Made by a program: the position numbers and the translations under genes. The notes below the pieces were generated by a model that was not told the DNA's origin, ran no database searches, and was given only the letters and a program-made list of their open reading frames with translations. From NCBI RefSeq assembly GCF_009914755.1, contig NC_060948.1: 64,000 nt of DNA; one strand, given 5' to 3'. This document shows, in pieces, positions 13,401 to 26,300 of this stretch. Source of the DNA: the human T2T-CHM13v2.0 reference genome, Homo sapiens. The stretch's first letter is position 1. Each line of letters starts with the position of its first letter.

Positions 13401-15466
13401 ACTGAAAGAGAGCAACACCAGGAAACACAGGAGGTCTGAACCTAGAAACCACAGTGGGGCACATTTCAGTAAGTCTCACCCCTACAGCATCTAGGCCACC
13501 CTGAGGAATCCTGCAGATTTTTATGGATCCTTAGGAATTTTGTGGTTTATTTCTGGGGCGCTGCTTGACATTTCTTCAGACTGGCTCACATCTGCTCTCT
13601 CCTTGGATCATGGAATTATCCCATGGGTAAGACAGAGAAGATAGGTGAGGTTCCATCACTGACACACCTCCACAGAGGTCTCCTCCTCCACCAAACTGCA
13701 GGGACTTGTTGCTGAGCACAGGCCAAATTCATTGTGATGCTAACCACAGGTCACAGCTCAGGCCTGGTTCCCTGAGACTAGCACATGTGTGTTAGCAAGG
13801 TGGACTGAGCTGTCAGCCTGCCTAAGCAGAGGAAAATGGTATGGACAGAGCCGGCCTTGTATTGGGAAAAAGACTGACTGTAATAACCCACTGCAGGACC
13901 CTAAAAGTCTCACCTTAGGACTCCTATGACCATCACCATGGTTGGGTCACGCTGGAGGAAGAACCATTTCATGACTGTGAGGTTATCGCTGGAATATGCT
14001 CTTCTAACTCCATTCCCAAGAAGGGCTGTGTGCAAGAATCAAGTCCCACGTGGATTAGAATATAGTCTGGTGAGAAGTTGAGGGGTCTTTGGGTAATGGA
14101 ATTATACCTGAGACCCCAGAGGCAATCTCAGGCACACACAAACACACACACACAATGTCACACACACACAAACATTTAACACTGCAAGGTGGAGTAGTGT
14201 TCTCACAAATCGGAATGTCCTCTCACGGGTGCAGAAGATGTTGAGACAGTGTTTCAGAGGCCCTCTGTGGTGATGGAAGCCTCAAAAGGGTATCCAGTAG
14301 TGCTGTTGAGAGGCACTGTGGACTCTCAATGAAAGCAAAGGAAAATCAAGGCTTGGCTGAGAATGAGGTGCCTAGTGCTGGAGTATAAGAAATGTTCAGT
14401 GATTCCTCTCAAAGGACCCAAAAGCCTCCTGCAAAGTGGAAATATCATCAGCTGGCACAAGGAGACAAGGACCCACAACCTGGAGTGCAACCAACTTTCC
14501 CGAAGTCCCTTTTCCTCTCTGAAATCCCTGGCAGCTCATAATCTGCAACAAGAGCCAGTCCCATCAAGCAACAACCCAATAAAAGAGTACCCCCCACAAT
14601 AAGAAGGCAGTGCAGATAAAATAAAACAGAGGGTAGATTACCAGGTAATAACCAGACACAGCTGCCTGCTTCTCATCCTACAGGAATCATGCAACCCTTC
14701 AACGGAAGTGGGAGAAGTGTTTCCTTGTTGGCGGTTGTAACGGGAATTTATGGATTTAAAAGCATCAAAGCTATCCAGACATTAAAACATGACAGTGTTT
14801 AGGAGGAAACACTCACACATTGGATTCCCATGAGGGTTGTGCTCCATTAACTGGGAAATATTTAGTGTGGAAGTCCAGACCCAGGAAACCCTAGGCCAAC
14901 AAGGAACATGAAAGTCAGGAAAAGAAGAGGCAAGGGAGGCCACATCCCACCCAGCATCAATCTATTCCACTCCCACTTGGCTCTGGGTATGAAAGAGGTC
15001 AAATCGGGAGTTTTCCAGGGTGGCGCCAATTTGAGCTCCAAATGTTGTTGCATGCTGGAGTACTGCCACCTGAACACTGGGCCACGGTATTGACTGCTTA
15101 TGCAATTAAATGAATATGGGGATGGAGTTGGGAGCACTTTCTGTGTCATCTGTCTTCATTTTTTTCCAAGTATAGTTATGGGACCTCATCCATCTCTCAC
15201 CAGATTGTATCCTCACCCCAATCTGACCCTGTTTCTGCTCACTCTGTCCCAGGATGATATTCCAAGAAAATGGAGGATTGCCCCCTCACGATATGAAGCC
15301 CCTGCTTATCTGGGATCTGAATCATAATCCAGAGAAAAATAAAGAATATGGGCCCTGCAGCTTAAGCAGAACCACACAGGTCGTGAAAAGATTGAGAAAC
15401 TCAAAACAAAAAGAAGGGCTGAAGTGCATTAGCCACATTCTTTTAAGGAGACTCCACTTACGGGAA

Positions 15467-15518
<52 letters not shown>
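15467..15518. repeat. (CA)n microsatellite, longest in the array
   Basis: Pure AC run at 15474-15518 within the unit's CA module. Confidence 0.95.
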
Positions 15519-15522
<4 letters not shown>

Positions 15523-17274
15523 CAGAATTCCACCTGCTGCAGGAAGAGGCTTTTTAAGACTGTGGGGTGGTTGCAGGCATTACTATTTGGACTCCATTCT
15601 CGAAAAAGGCTGTGTGCAAAAAATTGGGCCTCATGGAGAGACTATAGCCTGGTGTGTTGTTCAGAGTTCTTTGGGTGATAGAATCTTTCGTGAGACTGCA
15701 GAGGCAAGTGTCAGTGAAAGATGCCCGGGCTCTTAACCTCAATGCCTCCCTTCATCCTAGGCCTGGAAGGGGCTCTCTGGGAAAGGCAGGAACAGTGACA
15801 AAGGCAAGTTCATTGTGGAGCAGTGTTCTCACACCTCAGTCTGGCTTCTCACAGCCATCTGTGGAAATGGCAATCCTGAAAAGTATGTCTAGTAGTGTTG
15901 TTGAGGGGCACTGTGGATTTTTCATGAAAGTAAAGAAAAATCAAAACTCATGTGAAAGAATCTGCAGCATTTTACTGCGGTTAAAGCAATGTTCAATGAT
16001 TTCTGTCAAAGGACCAAAAAGTGTCCTCCAATGTGCAAACAACCTCAGCTTCAACAATGAGACAACAACCCACAATCTGGAGCACAGCCAGCCTACCTGA
16101 AGTCATTTTTGCTTTCTGAAATTCCTGGCAGCTAAATAATTGTGATGAGAGGCAGTCCCATCCACCAACAGCCCGATGAAAGAACCCTTCCACAATGAGA
16201 AGGTTGTGCAGATGAAATGAAACAGAGGCTGGATTACCAGGCAAAAGCCAGACATGGTTGCCTCTTTCTCATCCCACAGGAATCATGCAGCCATCCAATA
16301 AAAGTGGGAGAACAAGAGTTTCCTTGTTAGCAGCTATAGCTGGAATTTATAGTTTTAAAACTATCAAAGCTGCCCAGTCTTTAAAACTTGACAGTATTTT
16401 GAAGGAAACAATCACACAATGGATTCCCACGTAGGTCGTTCTTCATGGAGCAGAAAACGTTTAGTATGGAAAATGGTGAGCCACACCCAGAAAACCCTAG
16501 GCTGACAAGGAACACCAAAATCATGAAAAGAAGAGGGAAGTGTGGAGGCCACATCCCACCCAGCATCAGTCCATCCAACTCCCATTTGACTATGGGTATG
16601 AAATCCCTCAACTTGGGAGTTTGCCAGGATGGCCCAATTTTGCATCTGAAATGTTCCCTACATATTGGAGAACTCCCACATGAACACTGTGCCATGTTGT
16701 AAACTGCTTGAGAAATGAAAGAAATGCTGTGGTGCTGTTGGAAGCAACTTTTGTGTCAACTATCTTCACATTTTTTGCAGGTGAATGTGTGGGTCTCTTT
16801 CCACCCCTCATCAGATTGTATCCCAACCCCTATTTAACCTTGTTGTTGTTCACATTCTCTATCCCAAAATGAAACCACAAGATGATGAAAGAGTAACCCC
16901 TCATGACCTGAAGCACCTGCTAGGCTGGGAAATGAATTCGAAGTAAATTGAAGGTGGACATGACTATTAGTGTCTCTCTATGGGTTGGCCCCAGGACAAT
17001 GAAACACTGGAAGATGTCTCTTTGTGTTTGTGGTGTGCTTCTCTTCTTTCTAGAAGAGTGGCTGTTTTACAGATGAGAGTAATTTGGATTCCGGCAGGTC
17101 TGAGCCAGCATCCCAATTCACTGCAGATTCAAACTCCACAAAATGATAAAGAAAAGGATGGACAGCAGCCCAAGCAGAGCCACAGACAGGCCAACAAAAT
17201 GTTGGAAGACTGAAAAAAAAAAAAGTGCTGCAGTGCATTAGCCACATTGCTTTAAGCAGATTCTACTTATAGGT

Positions 17275-17275
<1 letters not shown>

Positions 17276-17315
<40 letters not shown>
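17276..17315. repeat. (CA)20 microsatellite
   Basis: Pure CA run within the unit's CA module. Confidence 0.95.
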
Positions 17316-17317
<2 letters not shown>

Positions 17318-20300
17318 GCCACACACATACACAGACATTCAACATTCACATTACTTTCATAGAAACACACATCCTGGCAGCTTCTGAGGCTGCGTGGCTC
17401 TGCACGAAGCCCCATCTGGGAGATAGCAACTCCGGGCAACACAAATGGGCTGTACCTAGAAATCACAGTGGGGCAAATTTCAAAAAGACTCACCCTTACA
17501 ATGTCTAGGCAGGTCTGATGCATCCTGCAAATCTTTTTGAATCGTTAGGAATTCCACAGTTTATTCCTGGGGCTCTGCTTGATGTTTCTTTAGGCAGGCT
17601 AATGTCTGTCCTCTCCTAGAACTATGGGAATATCCTGTGGACCCCACACAGAAGAAGGCAAGAATCCATGGTCTGTGCACCTCCACGAAGGGCTACTTCT
17701 CTACCTTATGGCAGGGACTTGTCGCTAGGCAATGGTGGCATTCATTGTGATGCTAGCCAGAGCTCACAGCTCAGGCCTGGTGCCCTGAGACTAGTGCATT
17801 GCATTGGTGAGGCAGGCTCTGGTGTCCTGTTGTCAGAGCTGTCAGCCTTCCTAAACAGAGGAAAATATTATAGGCAGTAGTGGCCTGATGTCAAAAAAAA
17901 TGATGCCTCTGATAAACTCTGCAAAACTCTAAAAGTCTCAGCATTACCGCACCTTCAGGCAGTCTTTGTGGTCAGGTCCCACTGAACAAGGCAGTGTTTT
18001 GAGACTGTGAGGTGGTCCATGGAAACGATATTCAGACTCCATTCCTGAAAGAGGCTGTGTCAAAGAATCTTTGCCCATGGGGATTGGAATATAGTCTGAT
18101 CAGAGGTTGAGGGGTCTTTGGATGATGGAATCATACCTGAGATTCCAGAGGTGGGTGTTAGGAAAAGATGGTCATGCCTTCGACCTTGATGCTTCCCTTC
18201 ATTTTGGCCCTTGCAGTCCTGTCTCAGAAAGGTAGGAACCACAACACAGCAAGTCCAAGATGAAGCAGTGTTCTTACACCTCGGACTCTCTTCTCACAGG
18301 TGCAGAAGAGGTTCAGACAGTGTCTTCAAGGCCAACTGTGGTGATTACAAGCCTGAAAAGGCTGTCCAGTAGTGCTATTGAGAGGCACTGTGGATTCTCC
18401 ATGAGAATAAAGATAAATCAAGGCTCAACTGCTAGAATGAGCTGCCTTGTGTTGGAGTCAAAGCAACATTCAAAGATTCCTGTCAGCACACAAAAAGCCT
18501 TCTCCAATTTGCAAAAAACCCAGCCTCCAAAAACAGACCTGACCCACAACCTGGAGTGCTGCCAGCCTACTCAAAATCCCTTTTGCTCCTTGAAATCTTT
18601 GGCAGTGAAAAGATCTGCGGTGAGAGGCAGTCTCATCCAGCAACAACCCAATGAATGTCACACACAGTGAGAAAGGATGTGCAGATGCAATAAAATATAT
18701 TCTAGACTCCCACTCAAAAGCCAGTGGGGCTGCCTGTTTCTCATCCTATAGGAATTATGCAGCCCTCCAATGTAACTGGGTGAACAAGTTTCCTTGTTGA
18801 CTGAAGTAATGGGAATTTATGGTTTTAAAAGTATCACAGCTGCCCAGTCATTAAAACATGACAGTGTTTAGAAGGAATCACTCTTGCAATGGATTCCCAT
18901 GAGGGTTGTTTGCAATTAACTGAAAAATTTTAAGTATGGAAGACGTTGAGGCAGACCCAGGATACCCTAGGATGATGAGAAACATGGAAGTCAGAAAAAG
19001 AAAAGGGAAGTATGGAGTCCACCTGCCACCAAGCATCAACCCATCCCACTCCTATTTGGCTCTGGGTATGAAAGCCATAAAATCAGGGGTTTGCCAGCAT
19101 GGCCCCAGTTTGCATTCCAAATGTTCCCTTTGCATTTGAATACTCCCACCTGAATACTGGGCCATGTTGTGGACTAGTTGTACAGTTAAAGGAATGTGGG
19201 TATGCTGTTGGAAGCAAATTCTCTGTCAACTGTCTTCATGTGTTTTGCAGATGAAGGTGTGGGTCCTCATTCACCCCTCAGAAGATTGCATCCTCATCCC
19301 AATCTGATCTTATTTCTGCTCACACTCTGTCTGAGAATGAAATCCCAAGATGATGGAGGAATACCCGCTCAAGACCTGTAGCACCTGCTCAGCTGGGAAT
19401 GGAATTCAAGGTAAATTCAATTGGCACTGCAGATAGGACTGCTAGTGTCTATCCCCGGATTGGCCTCATTACAATGAAACACTGGGAGATGTCTGCTTTT
19501 AGGTGTGATGTGCTCCTCTTCTTTCGAGAAGAGTGGCTGTTTTTATAGAGGGAAGTTGATTTGGTTTCTGGCAGGTCTTAGCCAGCCTCTCAATTTACTA
19601 TGTATTCATAATCCACAAAAAAATAAAGAACACAGAGCCCCACAGCCCAAGCAGATGCACGGACAGGCTATCAAAAGGTTAAGAGAGCAAAAACAAACAA
19701 ACAAAAAGAAGCACTTATGTGCATTAGCCACATTCCTTTAAGCAACCTCCATTTACAAGTGCACTCACACACACACACACACACACACAATGCCAAACAC
19801 ACACACAGACATACAACACTCACAACACTCCCAAAGAAACACACAGCCCGGCAGCTTCTGAGGCTCTGAGGTTCTGTAGGAAGCACCATCTGTGAGAGAG
19901 CAACCCTGGAGAGCACAGTTGGGTTGCGTTCCAGACTCAACCCTACAACATCTAGGCAAGCATGAAAAATCCTGCAGGTCCTTTGGATTTTTAGGTATTT
20001 CGCGGTTTATTCCTTGGGCTCTGCTTGAGGTTTCTTAAGGTAGGCACACGTCTGCCCTCTCCTAGGATCATGGGATCATACTATGGACCCCACAGAGAAG
20101 ACAGGCAAGAGTCCACTGCTGACACAACCTCCAAGGAGTTCTCCTTCTCAGCCAAGCCTTGGAGGCTTGTCTCTAGGCAGTAGTGCATTCATTGTGATAC
20201 TAGCCAGAGCTCACAATCAGGCCTCATGCCCTAGGACTAGGGCGTACTCATTTGTGAGGAAGACTAAAGTGTCCAGCTGTCAGAGCTGTCAGCCTGCCTA

Positions 20301-23300
20301 GGCAGAGGAAAATGGTATAGGCAGAGCAAGCCCAGTACCAGAAAAAAAAGGCTACCTGTGAAACCTACTGTGGGACCTTAAAAGTCTCAACTTCCCAGGA
20401 CCCCTTTTGTGCCATCTGTGATTGCTTCCTGCTGGAGAAGGAGGCATTTTAAGACTGTGAGTTTGTTGCTGGAAACTTCTACTCTAATTATATTCCCAAA
20501 AGAGGCTGTGTGCAAGAATCAAGTCCCATGGGATTTGGAATATAGCCTGGTGTGTTTTTTAGGGTTCTTTGGGTGATAGGATCATACCTGAGACCCCAGA
20601 GGCTGGCGTCAGTGAAAGATGGTTGTTCTCTTTACCACACTGTCTCTCTTCATCCTGGGCCTCACAGAGGCTCTCAGGGAAAGGCAGTAACCATGACAAC
20701 GGCAAGACCAAGGTGGAGCTGTGTTCTCACACCTCTGATTGGCTTCTCACAGTTGCAGATGATGTTGAGTCAGTGTCTCAAAGGCCGTCTGTGGTGATAG
20801 CAATCCTGAAAAGGGTGTCCAGCAGTACCATCAAGAGCCACTGTAGATTCCTCATGAAAGCAAAGATAAATCAAGGCTCACTGAGAGAATGAGCTGCTTT
20901 GTCCTGGGGTCCAAACAATGTTCAGTGATTCCTGTCAGAGGACCCAAATCCCTTCTGCAAAGTGCAAACAACCTCAGGCCCCAAAACGAGACAATGACCC
21001 ACCACCTGGAGCTCAGCCAGCTTTCCTGAGGTCCCTTGGCTCTCTGGGCTCTCTGAAATCCTGTCAGCTACATAATCTGTGGTGAGAGGCAGTCCCATCT
21101 AGCAGCAGCCCAATGAAAGAGCCCTTCCAAAATGAGAAAACCATGTAGATGAAATAAAACTGAGGCTAGATTACCAGGAAAAGCCAGACATGGCTGTCTG
21201 CTTCTCATCCTACAGGAGGAGGATCCACGTCTATCTGATAGACATGGGATAACAAGAGTTTCCTTGTTGGAGGCTCTAATGGGAATTTATGGCTTTAAAA
21301 CTATCAAAGCTGCCTAGTCATTAAAACGTGACAGTGTTTAGAAGTAAATATCCATGCAACGGATTCTGATGAGGGTTATTCTTTGTGAAATGTGAAACGT
21401 TTCGTGTGAAAACTGTTGAACCAGACCCATTAAAACCTAGGCCAAGGAGAAAAATGGAAGTCCAGAAAAGAAGAGGCAAGTGTGGAGGCAACATCCCCAC
21501 AGCATCAATCCATTTTGCTCCCATTTGGCTTTGGGTATGAAAGCCCCCAAATCAGGATTTTGCCAGAATAACACCAATTTACACACCAAATGATCCTTGC
21601 ACATTGCAGTCTCCCAACCTGTACACCAGGCCACAGTGTGGACTGCTTGTGTAATTAAGGGAATGTGGGGATGGAGTGGAAAGCACCTTATGTGTCATCT
21701 GCCTTTATTTTTTTGCAGGTGAAGTTGTGGGTCTCCAACCACTCCTCACCAAATTGTAGCCTCACCCTTATATAACTTATTGCTGCTCACACTCTTATGT
21801 ACGAGGATGAAATCCCAAGACTATGAAGGAGCACCTTATCGTGACATGAAGCACCTGCTAGGCTGGGAGCTGAATTCGTGGTAAATTCAAGGGGCGATGT
21901 GGACAGGACTGTTAGTGTCTCTTCCTGGGCTGGCAACTGGACAATGAAACACTGGGAGATATCTGTTTTTTCATGTGGTATACTCCTTTTCTTTCTCGAA
22001 GAGTGGCTTATTTATTTATTTATTTATTTATTTGCTGGGGGAGTTGATTTGGACATTGTTGGGTCTCAGCCTGGCTCCCAATTCACTGCAGATTGATAAT
22101 CCACATAAGAATAAAAAACACTGAGCCCTGCAGCCCAAGCAGAACCACACAGAGAAACCACCAAAAGTTGGCTGACTCCAAAAAAAAAGAAGGGCTAAAA
22201 TGCGTTAGCCAAATCCCTTTAAGCAGACTTCACTTACAGGTTCATATGCATACACACACAAACACACAATGCCACACACATGCAGACATTCAATACTCAC
22301 AACACTCCCACAGAAACACACACCCCAGCTGCTCCTGAGGCTGTGTGGTTGTGCAGAAAGCCCCACTTTGGAGATTGCAACCCCAGGGAACAGAGGCAGG
22401 AGTAATTGAAAATCACAGTTGGGCAAGTTTCAAAAAGACTCACTTCTACAATGCCTACACAAGCCTGAGTAATCCTGCAGACCCTTTTGTATCCTTAGGA
22501 ATTTCTCAGTTTATTTCTGAGGCTGTGCTTGATGTTTCTTCAGGCTAGCTCACGTCTGACTTCTCCTGGGATCAATAGACTATCCTGCGGTCCCACAGAA
22601 AAGACAGGCAAGAGCCTACGGTTGACACACCTCTACAAAAGTCTCGTCCTTCACCAAGCTGAAAGGACTTGTTACTAGGCAATGGTGACACTAATTGTGA
22701 AGCTAGCCAGAGCTCATAATCAGGCCTTTTGCCCTGAGACTAGCACATGCACATTCATGAGGCAGGCTTGAGTGACTGGCAGTCAGAGCTGTCAGCTTGC
22801 CTTAAGAGGGGAAAATGGTATAGGCAGAGCCGGCATGCTATTGGGAAAAAGGCTGCCTGTGAAAACACACTGCAGGACCATAAATGTCTCTACTTAAGGG
22901 CTCCCAAAGCCATCTCCATGGATGAGTACCACTGGAGGAGGAGACATTTTGAGAATGTGTGGTGGTCACTGGAAACTGCTCTTCTGACTCCATTCCTGAA
23001 AGAGGCTGTGTGCCAGAATCGGGTCCCATAAGTATTGGAATACAGTCAGGTGTGTTTTTGAGGGTTCCTTGGGTGATAGAATCATACCTGATACCACAGA
23101 GGTTGTTGTCTGTGAACGATGCCTGGGCTTTTGATGTCATTGCCTCCCTTCACCCTGGGACTTGCAGGGGCTCTTTGGGAAGGGCAGGAACTAAGACTAA
23201 GGCAAGTCCAAGGTGGAGCAGTCTTCTCCCACCTCAGACTGAACACTAGCGTGTGGAGATGAGGTTGAAACATTGTCTCAGGGGCCATCTGTGGCAATGG

Positions 23301-26300
23301 CAAGCCTGATAAGTGTGTCCAACAGTGCTGTTGAGGGGTACTGTGTCTTCCCCATGAGAGCAAAGATAAATCAAGCCTCACCTGAGACAATGAGCTGCCT
23401 TGTGCTGGCATCAGGCAATCTTCGATGATTCCTGTCAGAGGACCCAAAAGCCTCCTGCAAAGTGCAAACAACATCAGCCCCCATAACAAGACAACAACCC
23501 ACAACCTGGAGCACAGTTGGCCTACCCAAAGTCCCTTTTGCTCTCTGAAATATTTGGCAACCCAATAATCTGTGATGAGAGGCAGTCTCATCCAACAACA
23601 GCCTAATAAAAGAGTCCCTCCACAATAAAAAGGCTGTGCAGATAAAATAAAACATAGGCAAGATGACCAGGCACAAGCCACAAACAGCTACCTGCTTCTC
23701 ATCCTACAGGAATCATGCAGTTCTCGGATAGAAGTGAGAGAACAAGAGTATTCTTGCTGGTGACTGTAACAGGAATTTGTGGTTTTGCCCAGTCATTAAA
23801 ACATGACACTGTTTAGAAGAAAATACTCACGTAGTGGATTCCAATGAGTGTCGTTCTCCATGAACTGGGAAATGCTTAGTGTGGAAGTCATTGAGCCAGA
23901 TGCAGGAAACCCTAGGCCCGAAGAGAAACATGTAATTCAGGAAAACAAGAGTTAAGTGTGGAGGCCACATCCCACCCAGCATCAATTCATTCCACTCCCA
24001 TTTGTTTCTGGGTATGAAAACACTCAAACTGGGAGTTTGCCAGGCTGGTCCCAATTTGCATTCCAAATGTTCCTTGCACATTGGAATACTCCCACATGAA
24101 CACCCAGGAATAGTGTGGACTGCTTGTGCAATTTAGGGAATGTGGGGATGGAGTTGGAAACACATTCTGTGTCAGCTGTTTTCACTTTTTTTTTGCAGGT
24201 GAAATTTTGGGACCTCATCTACCTTTCACCAGATTATATCCTCACCTCTATCTGTCCTTACTGTTGCTCACACTTTATGTCCCAGAATGAAATCCCAAGG
24301 CAATGAAAGAGAGCCCCCTCACAACATGAAGGACCTGCTCAGCTGGGAACAGAATGGGAGGTAAATTCAAGGGGTAATGCTAAAGGGACTGCTAGTATCT
24401 CTTCCGTAGTTGGTTGCAGGACAATGAAACACTGGAGATGTCTGAATTTTGGTGTGGTGTGCTCCTCTTTTTTCTAGAAGAGTGGCTTTTTTTGCAACGG
24501 TCGGTGATTTGGACTCCAGCAAATATCAGCTTGCCTCCCAATTCACTGCAGAATCATGATGCACAGAAACATAAAGAACATCGAGCCCTGCAACTCAAGA
24601 AGAGCCACACAGACAGGCCACCAAAAGGTTGGGACACTCAAAAAAAAGAAGCACTGAAGTGCATTAGCCACATTCCTTTAAGCAGACTTTATTACATACA
24701 TGTGCACACACACACACACCATGTCACAGACACACACAGACATCCAACAATAGCAACACTCCTACAGAAACACAGTCTGGCAGCACCTGTGGCTGCATGA
24801 TTCTGCAGGAAGCTGCACCTTGGAGAGAGCAAACCCATAGAACACAGGCAGGCTGTACCGAGAAATCACAGTGGGGCAAGTTTCAAAATGACTCACTACT
24901 ACAACCTGTAGGCAGGTCTGAGGAAACCTAAGATTCCTTTGGATTTTTAGGGATTTTCAGGTTTATTCATGGGTCTTTGCTTGACATTTCTTTAGGCTGG
25001 TTAACCTCTGCCCTCTACTAGGATCAGGGGACTATTCTGTGAATCCCACAGGGAAGAAAGATGACAGTCAACGGCTGCAGCACCTCCACAAAGTCTCCTT
25101 CTCTGCCAAGGCCCAGGGATGTGTCTCTAGGCAATGGTGACATTCATTGTAATGCAAGCCAGAGCTCACAATCAGGCCTAATGCCTGAGACTAGTGCCTG
25201 TGCATTCATGAGCCAGGACCAGGTGCCCAGCTGTCAAAGCTGTCAACCTGCCTAAACAGAGAAAAATCATATAGGCAGAGCCAGCATTGTATTGGGAAAA
25301 AGGCTGCATGCAACATCTCACTGTGGTACCCTAAAAGTCTGGACCTCAGAGCCCCTTCATGCCTTCTCTGATGTGGGATCCCACTAGAGAAGGAGGAGTT
25401 TCAAGACTGTGATGTGAGGTGGTTCCTGGAAACTGCTCTCCTGACTCCATTTCTGAAATAGGCTATGTGCAAGAATCAGGCCCCAGGGGCATTGCAATAT
25501 AGTCTGGTTTGTTGTTGAGGGTTCTTTAAGTGATAGAAACATACCTGAAACCCCAGAGGTGGGTGTCAGTGAATGATGGTTGGGCTCTTTATCTAACTGC
25601 CTCCCTTCATCCTGGGTCTTACAGGGGATCTCTGCACAGGGCCAGAACAAAGGCAAGCCCAAAACGAAGCAGTGTTCTCACATCTCAGACTGGCTTCTCA
25701 TGCATGCAGATATGGGTGAGAAAGTGTCTCAGATGCCTTCTGTGGTGAGGCCAAGCCTGAAAAACCTGTCCAGTAGTGCTATTGAGGGGCACTGTGGATT
25801 CCCCTCGAAAGCAAAGAAAAATCAAGGCTTGCCTTAAAGAATGAGGTGCCCTGTGCTGGAGTCTCTGCACTGTTCAGTGATTCCTGTCAGAGGACTCAAA
25901 AGCCTACTGCAAAGTGCAAACAACCTGAGCCCAACAGTGAGACAACAACCCACAACATGGAGCACAGTCAGCCTACCTGAAGTCCCTTTTGCTCTCTGAA
26001 ATCCCTGGAAGCTTAATAATTTGTGGCAAGAGGCCATATCATCCAGCAATAGCCCAATGAAAGAGCTCTTTTACAATGTGAAGGCTGTGCAGATAAAATG
26101 GAAGATAAGTTAGATTACCAGGCATAAGCCAGACACGGCTGCCTGATTCATATCCTATAGGAATCATGCAGCCCTCCTATAGAAGTGGGAGAACAAGAGT
26201 TTTCCTGTTGGTAGACATTAATGGGAATTTACAGTGTTAAAAGTATGAAACTGTCCAGTCATTAAAAGCTGACATTGTTTAGAAGGAAACACTAACTCAA

